Below, piece by piece: positions 54,482-64,000 of a DNA stretch of 64,000 nt. The position numbers were made by a program, and so were the translations under genes. Under the pieces are notes generated by a model. That model was not told the origin of the DNA. It made no database searches and saw only the letters and a list, made by a program, of their open reading frames with translations. The DNA is taken from positions 73,656,001-73,720,000 of the forward strand of contig NC_043003.1 in assembly GCF_006345805.1 (NCBI RefSeq). The letters run 5' to 3'. Numbering within the stretch: position 1 is the stretch's first letter; every line of letters starts with the position of its first letter. The DNA comes from Octopus sinensis. Lineage: Eukaryota.

Positions 54482-55873
54482 ATATTATATATATATATAT
54501 GTGTGTGTGTGTGTCTGTACACATATGCGTACATACATATTTGGACGTATATGATTTTATAGGCCTCTATGTTTAAATGACACAAATTGAGGAGAGTATT
54601 CGAATAATCTTACCAATACATTTTGTATGCTAATGTGGTCAAATATATTACATTATATAGAAACATAAAAATATATTATTCTATTAAAGTTAACGATATT
54701 GTGTACTTTAAACTAAAAAAAAATTCAATTTCTATGCAAATATAAATTATAAATCATTGCTTCCAAAATTCCATTGTTATAAATAAGCTCATAACAATAC
54801 ACTTCACTGACAGTACATTCACATAGAAATGGTAATAAATATATGTACGTATGTATTTCAGTCCCATAAGCATAATAGCACAAACTGTATCTTTGATAGA
54901 AATGTACAGAGAATGAAGCAATTTTCTCTAGAAATTTTGAACTGAATTCATTCTATAGTTATAACAGTTACGTGTCACATCAACTATCTCAAGTTTACCC
55001 TTATATCTCAAAACAAATATTTTGACGTACGGATATAAACAAAACCACAGACACACATTATAAACCAACATACATAATTCCATAAAATGATACAGAGACA
55101 TTAACTAAACACAATACACGCAAGTAGATTTTTCATAGAAATCTGGAAACAAACAACACATGTGTATTAGGATATGGCGCGTTTAAATTTATCGCCATCA
55201 AAGGAGACAAGAATATTAATGCACAATATTAATGCACTTGCACATTAATACGCACACACACCATCACACACACACACACACACACACAGATACATACACA
55301 CGTACATACAAATATATGAATATAACTGTGTGTATGTTTGTATATGTATTTATACATATATGCATATGAAGATAATTTTATTTCGTTAAACCACCGAAAA
55401 GAAAATTCGTTAAATCGAGGAATAAAAAGTAGGACTGAAATTGTAAGTGCTCAGCTAACACTGAGACGAAAGAGAAAATAAATTGAAAGGTATAACGAAT
55501 AAACGCTCTAATTGATCAAAACAAGCTTATAACTTTCCCATATCGTAAATCGCACATAGATAAAGAGTAAACACATCAAGACATCCGATTGTAAGACCCA
55601 GTAGTATAAGATATACTCATATATACGAATATAAAAGGTGATAAAACCTTAAAGGGTAATACAGGTTAATTCGAATGAAGATACATATATATAATTTAAG
55701 TCCATGAAACTAAAATAATACAAATATGAATAAAGTCAAAGCGATAATCAGAAAAGAGTCCATTCGTATATGTGTGTATACTTTATACCATTGGATTTTA
55801 CCATTGGCTACCCTGCTGTTTTTAATATATATTTATGTTAGATTTATGATATGGGAATGTTATAATGTTTCTT

Positions 55874-55940
<67 letters not shown>

Positions 55941-56187
55941 CAAATGCATACATATATATACACACACACACACACATATACACGTAAGTTAAATCTGCAG
56001 TTAAAAATGTTTAGAAAGGAGAATTTTGAATTTTGAATTTAGAATTTGTATCACTTCTTATTTTGAACTTGACAAAGACAGACGTACTGTTGAAATATCG
56101 TTCAACTAATAAAAGATATTACAATCGAATCGCGATCTTCGTTTTGACTGTTTTTCCTTCGTGAAGAGTTGCGTCAATAATTTTTTA

Positions 56188-56242
<55 letters not shown>

Positions 56243-56301
56243 TTAATAATATTAATACTAATTTATTATTATAATAATTATTATTAATAATAATAATAAT
56301 A
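56188..56301. repeat. Imperfect (TAA)n microsatellite
   Basis: Read directly from the sequence. Confidence 0.95.
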
Positions 56302-56396
56302 TTGGCCTACCAATATATACCATGAGTTTCTTTGCCTTAGGAGTCGGGAAGACACTCGGCAAGAAATGGAAGCAAATTTGAAAGAAGAAAAAAAAG
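56302..56396 (+). mobile_element. ~95-bp extreme 3' tip of Dong family A within (TAA)n
   Basis: tggcctaccaatat..atgagtttctttgcc.taggagtcgggaagacactcggcaagaaatggaag.aaatttgaaagaagaaaaaaaag aligns with 1815-1909. Confidence 0.92.
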
Positions 56397-56414
56397 TAAT
56401 AACAATAATAATAA

Positions 56415-56445
<31 letters not shown>

Positions 56446-56574
56446 AACATCGAAAAATACGTTGGGAATGAGAACCCAGATTCGAAATTTCCCCAAGATA
56501 CCTGATGAAGGCTGGAGGGTATATCCGTCAAATGTAAATAGTGTAAATAATGTGAAAGAGGCCCGTTGTCTATT

Positions 56575-56780
56575 TGTGTGTGTATGTGTGTATTTGTTTG
56601 TCTGTTTCTGTCCTCCCAACATCACTTGACGACTGCTGTTGGTGTGGTTACATTCCCGTAACTTAGCGATTCGGTGAAAGAGACCGATCGAATATATACT
56701 AGGCTTACAGAGAATAAGTCTTGGGGGAATTTTGTTCGACTAATGGCAGTGCTCCTACATGTAAAAGAATAAAAGAATAT
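56575..56780 (+). mobile_element. SINE family 2, (TG)n plus 3' module
   Basis: cttgacgac..cccgtaacttagcgattcggtgaaagagaccgatcgaat..aggcttacagagaataagtc..gttcgactaa. Confidence 0.8.
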
Positions 56781-56829
56781 ATATATGTGTGTGTGTGCAT
56801 GTGTGTGTGTGTGTGTGGGGGTTGTGACA

Positions 56830-56970
56830 AGTTTCAAGTTCCGCCTACTAAATCCAGTGGAAATGGTTTAATCGCTCCGGGTTACAATAGAAAACACTTG
56901 CTGAAGTTTCTGCTCTATAACCTGGTGCATACATAACGAAGTTCCCTACCACACACCATGTCTGCACCCA
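56830..56970 (-). mobile_element. SINE family 2 head, heavily decayed
   Basis: ttccgcctactaaatcc..atagaaaacacttgc..accacacaccatg. Confidence 0.55.
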
Positions 56971-58239
56971 TATGTTTGCGTACCCGGATATATGGATAGC
57001 TATATATAGTTAGTTCTGGTCGGTAAACTGACAAGTTGATCGATTACAAGCCGTAAGGTGCGCTAAATACAATCTTTGTTCAGTTCTATAACGAAGGAAT
57101 GAAAAACTTATTAACGCTGTAGTGATTAGGTTCAATGAATGATAGGTAGATATCACGCTCTGAATCAATTATATTTAATGCGTTGATCAAAGCAATTTTA
57201 ATTAATCAATATTACAATTAAGAGCGGAAATTATGGAGTTACTAATTAAAAGTTAAAGATATTTCAAACGACAGCTTACTACTGTCAGTGATTGAATGAC
57301 TTTGAAAGAATCGGAGATACGGTGTACCATGGGGTCTAGTGATTTTTTTTGCGACAATTGAGAAGTCCTCTTGATAAATATTTTCCCACTAATACACAGT
57401 TCTAATGGTTCACTTGAAATGCATGTGAAATATTTTGGCCAACTGCATACCTCAGTCACCTAAGGCAGGCTTGGTGTAACCGACTATACTTAAAATATTC
57501 AATGAGATGCTTTAAAGTCTTATTACATGCGAAGATTGGATCATTGTTGAACTCTATAGAGAACCCAGCTAGCAAAACTAACGAATCCTTAGAATAAGAA
57601 TCAAGAAAGTAAAAAACTCTGATATTATTGGCTGCCCCGAGAAATCAAATACCGACCACTGATACTTTATTTGTGAATCAGAGAGAAAACGGATTAAGGA
57701 AGACGAATGCCTTTCATTGTGTGATCGGTGATTTCTTTATTGCCATTAATGAAAAAGAAATAGTAGATTATAATGTGGATTTTGTATATCTCATATATAT
57801 TTATGGTCGACAAAGAGAAATCTGGGCACATAAATACCATAGTTGAATGTTACTTGATGTTATATATACTATTGTTCCTTAGTTTGTTTTATAACTCAGC
57901 GTGGTGTGTTCAATACAGCACAGTAGTATTTAGTTATTACTCTGGGAAAGCATGAATGATGCAGCTGCCACATTTCACTTTACTAAAATATTTAGCAATA
58001 TGTTATGTGACAAGAAAACAAGAACAAATAATATCGCATTTAAAATTTTAGATTACGTTAGTAGATGGCGTTCAAACTGTCAGCATTACTGTTTTAACTG
58101 CTGTTATGTGATTTTGGCTAATCTTGGAGATTTAAATTGTTCATGACAGCTTGAAGAATGCTGCCTTTAACTTCATGATATCAGTGTTCTCTCTGAATGC
58201 AAGAAGATGGGAGGAATGATATAACTGTAAATACATACA

Positions 58240-58253
58240 TATACTATATATAT

Positions 58254-58287
<34 letters not shown>

Positions 58288-58510
58288 ATATATATATATA
58301 TATACCTATATATGTGAATATACGTATATATGTATATATATATATATATATATACATATGTATGTATATATATACATATATACATATATACATATATATA
58401 TACATATGTATGTATATACAAATACATATAGACGAGAGAGAGAGAGGAAGAGAGAGAGTGAGACACGCGCACACACACATACCCACACATAGATACATAT
58501 ATACATACGC
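58240..58510. repeat. (TA)n/(GA)n/(CA)n compound tract
   Basis: Read directly from the sequence. Confidence 0.95.
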
Positions 58511-58639
58511 ATATTTGTGGCACTTGCTGAAAATGCTGAATGGAAATTTTCATGTAAAGCAGGTAGGATTTATACTTAAATTGTCAGAAATAATGCACAT
58601 ATTTATCTTAATGTGCATCATAAAGAATTGCTAAGAGCA

Positions 58640-58770
58640 TCAAAAGCCCGCTAACTTTTATTTTTGTTGACGTGAATGAAGCCTTTGATGTAATCAGCAA
58701 ATACACTGCCTAGAAGATTAATATTCAGTTTGGAATCGCAAATAATTTGCTTTCTAACATCAAGATTGCA
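58640..58770 (+). mobile_element. Short LINE RT remnant (RTE-like)
   Basis: PLTLFFVDVNEAFDVIS..FGI (F.D..KAFD motif). Confidence 0.45.
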
Positions 58771-59784
58771 AACAGACGACTATCTCTATATGACGAGAAA
58801 ATGTTTGCAAGTTCGTGGATTTAGTTCGGCTTCTTAATGTGACAGGGATGGTTTTCTTCTGCATCTGATATTCATTATTGTCGTGAATTGTGCTTAGAAA
58901 ATGTGTATCAGTAATTTACGTAAATTGAAACCAGCCGTCTATAGTTTACTTGTACAACATTCCCTGTGACGTAGCATAATTCGCTCATATAGCAAAAAAG
59001 TTTGTCACATCTAAAAGGTGACCTAGGTATTATTTCACCACAATAACAAATAACTCAATTTGGCGGTTGTGCTTCATATTAAAAATCCACAAAACTCCAC
59101 TGTGGTTTATGAATGTAATGTATTACGTTAACTAGTGTTCCATCACCTTTTTTCAGGTTGTGCACCGGAAATTTTGTAAATCAGCCGGAATGGTGAACGT
59201 ACCAAATGAGGATCATCTGCACAACATGCATAGCATCACCAATTTCCAGAAAACTTTTCAGAATGTAGCATTTAGGATATGTATACCCGACGAGAAGTTA
59301 TCAAGTTATATACTGGATTGCACGAAGTCGTAAATCATATAAGTGGAATTTAGTTCCAATGGTATATTCATACCTGAATTTTAGTTTTATATCATGTACA
59401 AATATGTGGGTATAACAATCTTCATATCTACGCAAAAAAAAAAAAACATGATTTACTGGAGAACTTTTGTTGTTTGCGCCTTACAAAAATATAATTTAGC
59501 TAAGGCCGAAAAAATACATGCTTCGATATTATATAGTTTTGTCTGCTTAGGCTAACAGAATAATTAAGGTAATATCTTAAAAATCAGGTGCTTAAGTGTT
59601 CGAGTTTACGCTTTAGTACATTGAGTAAATACAGAAAGAGGTATGAAGAAATGTATACTGCATTTCGATATGTGATAAGGCATAAATTTCAGGTTCAATT
59701 GATTCAAAACTATCTGAATATTATGTAATGAATATTATGTACTCAAATACGGGCAGTCTAATACAATTGAAATTTTTACTATTC

Positions 59785-60205
59785 TTTCTCTTTTACTATC
59801 TTTTACTTGTTTCAGTCATTTGACTGCGGCCATGCTGGAGCACCACCTTTGATCGAGCAACTAGACCCCGGGACTTATTCTTTTTGTAAGCCCAGTACTT
59901 ATTCTATCGGTCTCTTTTGCCGAACCGCTAGGTAACGGGGACATAAACACAAAAGCATCGGTTGTCAAGCAATGCTTGGGGAACAAACCCAGACACACGT
60001 ACAAACTCACTTACATATATATATATATATATATACATATATACGACAAGCTTCTTTCAGTTTCCGTCTACCAAATCCACTCACAAGGCATTGGTCGACT
60101 CGGGGCTATAGAAGACACTTGCCCAAGATGCCACGCAGTGGGACTGAACACGGAACCATGTGGTTGGTTAGCAAGCTATTTACCACACAGCCACTCCTGC
60201 GCCTA
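59785..60205 (-). mobile_element. SINE family 2, full-length young composite: tRNA-like head, internal (TA)/(TG) microsatellite, 3' module
   Basis: Head 60205-60045 is nearly identical to 49733-49897. The 3' module ends ...gcagtcaaatgactgaaacaagtaaaaga. Confidence 0.93.
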
Positions 60206-60360
60206 TTGAAAGCAACACATGAAATAATTACGGAGAGAAGTCCTGACGTACTTTACTAAAATGAAACGTACTTTTATACAAAGTTAATTCAGTTTATAGT
60301 AGAGCTTTCCTGCATTTGGATAAGTTTTATAAATGCTGAAATGCTCTGAAAATTATCCGA

Positions 60361-60514
60361 TATCTGTGTAACCTTGCGCCTGTAATAAATTCATATTTCT
60401 GTTTATTTGTGGTAGAAATGACTAACTCAAACTCTTAGAAGAGTTTGAGTTAGTCATTTCTACCACAAAGAAACAGAAATATGAGTTTATTACAGGCGCA
60501 ATGTTATACAGATA
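60361..60514. repeat. 154-bp fold-back: 76-bp inverted arms, 2-nt spacer, 4 mismatches
   Basis: Arms 60361-60436 and 60439-60514 were compared base by base. The unit begins and ends with TA. Confidence 0.95.
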
Positions 60515-60540
60515 GTTTCATAGTATATTCAATATATATT

Positions 60541-60769
60541 TCTTAACTGCCCACAAGGGGCTAAACATAGAGGGGACAAACAAGGACAGACAAACGGATC
60601 AAGTTAATTATAACGCCTCCAGTGCGAAACTGGTTCTATATTTGTCGACCCCGAAAGGATGAAAGGCAAAGTCGACCTCGGCGGAATTTGAACTCAGAAC
60701 GTAACGACAGACGAAATACCGCTAAGCATTCCGCCCGGCGTGCTAACGTTTCTGCCAGATCGCCGCCCT
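60541..60769 (-). mobile_element. SINE family 1, full-length young copy
   Basis: Reverse complement of ggcggcgatctggcagaaacgttagcacgccgggcggaatgcttagcggtatttcgtctgtcgttacgttctgagttcaaattccgccgaggtcgactttgcctttcatcctttcggggtcgac. Confidence 0.95.
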
Positions 60770-61189
60770 AGTATATTCAATATAATTGATCTCCTAGCGG
60801 AGGATTTATCGAACAAGAAACAATAAAGAATTTATCGAACAAGAGATTCGAAGTAGAGTTCGATGGCATTTGAACTAGCAAAGTGATGGTCCGTATACAT
60901 CGAGTGGCATGCATTTTATCTGCCATTCCGCTGATTCTGACACTCTACCACAATAGCAGAGGAAGAATTTTTGCGAAAACATGACTTTTGTTGATTTTCG
61001 AATAGATAATGTGTTAAAGCTGCTATTGTTATATGTGTCGGTTTCTACATTCATTATGAAAGATGACATTTACAAGTCTCCTATATCATTTTTAACATCT
61101 GAAAACAGATGTCTCAGTAAGAAATGGAATGACACTATGCATATTCTTACGCATATATCTATACTTACATAATCATCCAAGTTTGGGTA

Positions 61190-61269
61190 TACATATACAT
61201 ACACAAACATATACATACAGATATTTATATATAAGTATATATATGTATATATATATATATATATGTGTG

Positions 61270-61307
<38 letters not shown>

Positions 61308-61640
61308 TGTGTATATATATATATTATATATATACATATATGTCTGTGTGTGTGTATATATGTATATATATATCAGAACATATGCACATGTACACAACAC
61401 ACATGCACACACACACTCACACACTCACACACACATATATATGCATACATACACATACAATGCTGTGTATATTCACATGTTTATGTACATATATAGATGT
61501 CCACACATATACGTATGCATATAGATATATGCGTATTTATATTTATCCCTGTTTGTGAGCGTGTGTGCATGCGTGTGTGCGTGTGTGTGTGTGCGTGTGT
61601 GCGTGTGTGTGTGCTTGTGTGCGTGTGTGTGCGTGTGTAT
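61190..61640. repeat. Long compound (TA)/(CA)/(TG) tract
   Basis: Read directly from the sequence. Confidence 0.9.
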
Positions 61641-62439
61641 GTGTAATCTGATTTCCTAGTGGTGGAAAATAGTAACTATCATCTTTGTATATGTATACAC
61701 ATGCGCATATATATTTTTGCGTGTGTATATATCTATTCATGCCTTCATATATATATTTATATAAAAACACGCATATATTTTATACACAACTGACAACTCA
61801 CCCGCACACAAACGATGAATTATTTCTCTTGTCGGAGAAATCTTCATTTGTTGTGGGAAATCTAATAGTATGTTCAGAACTTACTTGTACTAAAATAGCT
61901 TGCTTTCTGCTTTCCCAAAGTTATATTATTAGAAATGTCAAGCGTTGATTAGCAGATTCCGGAATTCTGGAGTGTGCATACAGGAGTTCATTCCCAATTG
62001 ATTCGCCTTCATTGTTTCACGTTGAAGTAGTCTCGAAAATTATTCAACCTCATAGATTTGTCTGAGAAATCTTTACGCTTCTATATTGTTCTATCGATCA
62101 GACTTTCAGCATAAAACGCTGGCTACAAAGCACTTAAAATCTCCCTGGAATTGTGTCTTTTGGTTCCGTATTTTCATTGTGATCGAGAAATTTCAGTACA
62201 CTTTCGATCTTGCGGACCCCGCTGGAGAGCTATGCGACTCCTCATGATATCTCTCAGCTTCATAGTATGTCCACTGGAATGTCTTAGCTTTGTGTTCTAG
62301 CAATGATCTCCTTCGGTCCAATCCGACCTAGAATTAATACATTTTGCATACGCTTCGTCAATGATATTTATAGCCTGAATCCACGCTTGGATTTTTATAT
62401 TCTAACTATTCGTCGCTCTGTATACATCGTATGTTTGTC

Positions 62440-63720
62440 TTCTCTAGGCACAAGGTCCGTTGGTACTAAGGTTATCATTTGATAGGGAGATGAGACCGGT
62501 GTTGTTTGGTTGCAAGTTATGACAATTATTGTCTGGTAGTATCCTCTAGGATGTTCTCTGTTACAACAGGATGTATATTTGGGAATTGTGGTACATTTGA
62601 GGGTTGGGTATTAGCATTTGCCTTTACTGTTGCAGTTATATGGGTTAGTTTTGTTAAGGAGGTCCGTTGTTGCATTGGATTTATATGTATGGTGTTGGGG
62701 GTTATATTGAAATAATTTGATATGGTAGGGGTTACCCGTTGGTGGATTTGGGAGTTTTTTCTTATTAAGATTTCGGATGATCTTTCAATGCTGGTGGTGG
62801 TGGAGTAGAATAATTTTATTGATTGGGGGATGGGTAAATACTTTTCTAATGAGGTTAGATTTAGGGAAGAAGAGTTTGGGTAGTCGAATCTGCGTCTCAA
62901 GAGTGAGGAGGGGGAATCAGATGACATCTCGGGATCTAGTTTGTTTAATCCGATTAGTTCGGATTACCTGGGTTGGGATAGGGTTTTAGATGTGTATTCT
63001 GGTGTCTGATTTGGTGGTATGTGGTGTATATAGGATTAGGGGTTATCAGGTATGGGAGTTTGTTACGTCGTTTGATACTCCAATATTTGGTTGGACATTG
63101 GAGGGGTGGGGGTTAGAGGGTCATGTTTATAATATGGGGGCTGGAAACTAGATTTGGTTCTGAGTTTATTTGAGAGAGGAATGTCCCTAATAGGTGTGTA
63201 TTCAATTGAGTTTTTATATACGGCGCCTTGTCGGGCACAGTTCTAGTATGCAGCATATTGATTGAGTAAATATTGATTGACAGAAAAATAGATCTGGTTG
63301 AACCCGCTTTCTACAGCAGACTTTAGTACAGAGGGGAGGGTTGAAAGAGAAGTTCACGTAGTGGATTTTTTTCCCCCTGGTATGTGTAAAAGTTTTGGTC
63401 TTGTAAGTCCACAGTAAAATCTAAGAAATTATCCGTTTGACGTTTTCATAGAAAGAGATGCCGAGGTCGACGTTTTGAAATCAGCTTCTAATCTTTTTTT
63501 TAGTTTGTTCGATTGTCTGGTTACTATAATTTTGGATTGGGAACAGAGTTTCATCTCTGTATAGAGCACCGGAGATGTTAGAGAACTGTTCATGGAGACC
63601 GCTAAGTAGGTATGAGTGAGTAGCTTGGGTAGAGTCACTGGTTCCCATACGGATATTGAAAAAATTGGGTGTATCATTTACGGGACAATGATTTCTCATC
63701 GGAAGATATGATATTTCGGC
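62440..63720 (-). mobile_element. Decayed Penelope-like element (RT core to linker)
   Basis: FNIRMGTSDSTQAT..GALYRDE (MGS.DGAE / YRDD type), DNFLDFTVDL, FQPPY..NVQPNIG and IKLFYS in broken frames. Confidence 0.75.
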
Positions 63721-63869
63721 GAGCTGCTAATATAATATCAGTATCGTTGCGAGTTAGATTAGAATGTTCCTTGGACAAAATTAGAGCCTTATTAAGAAGA
63801 AAAGGAGAAATTGATCAATGTCGAATTGAATATATACATAATTTATATATATGAAGAACTATATATATT

Positions 63870-63929
63870 TCTCTCTATGCATACACACACACACACACAC
63901 ACACACAGACATATATATATATATATATA

Positions 63930-63986
<57 letters not shown>

Positions 63987-64000
63987 CGTGTGTGTGTGTA
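63870..64000. repeat. (CA)n-(TA)n-(TG)n tract
   Basis: Read directly from the sequence. Confidence 0.95.

Noticed and set aside
61885-61889. 5-nt minus-strand microexon (tttag|TACAA|gtaagt)
   Set aside because: Poor polypyrimidine tract and not frame-preserving.

Overview
This is an AT-rich, repeat-saturated animal genomic window. The SINE families, Dong/R4 LINEs and microsatellite load look like a coleoid cephalopod such as Octopus; that is inference from pattern recognition, not a database result. No host protein-coding gene, rRNA, tRNA gene or CRISPR array can be supported, so the window reads as intergenic DNA or a very large intron. Recognisable content is transposon-derived. (1) About ten R4/Dong-clade REL-endonuclease retrotransposon pieces from several families, stacked in (TAA)n tracts at 1-3.5 kb, 17.6-23.4 kb and 56.3 kb, with sense strands matching the TAA polarity. 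(2) Four mariner copies plus a maT-like element. (3) RTE, CR1/L2, Tx1/L1 and Penelope-like remnants. (4) Two tRNA-type SINE families. (5) A 2.5-kb non-autonomous Helitron with a PIF1-helicase fragment and a ~165-bp minisatellite. Best leads: the TAA-targeted Dong 'trains' with a 555-bp non-coding TAA-flanked passenger element, a 154-bp near-perfect fold-back, a half hammerhead-ribozyme core, a candidate 15-nt microexon, and modular or chained SINEs.
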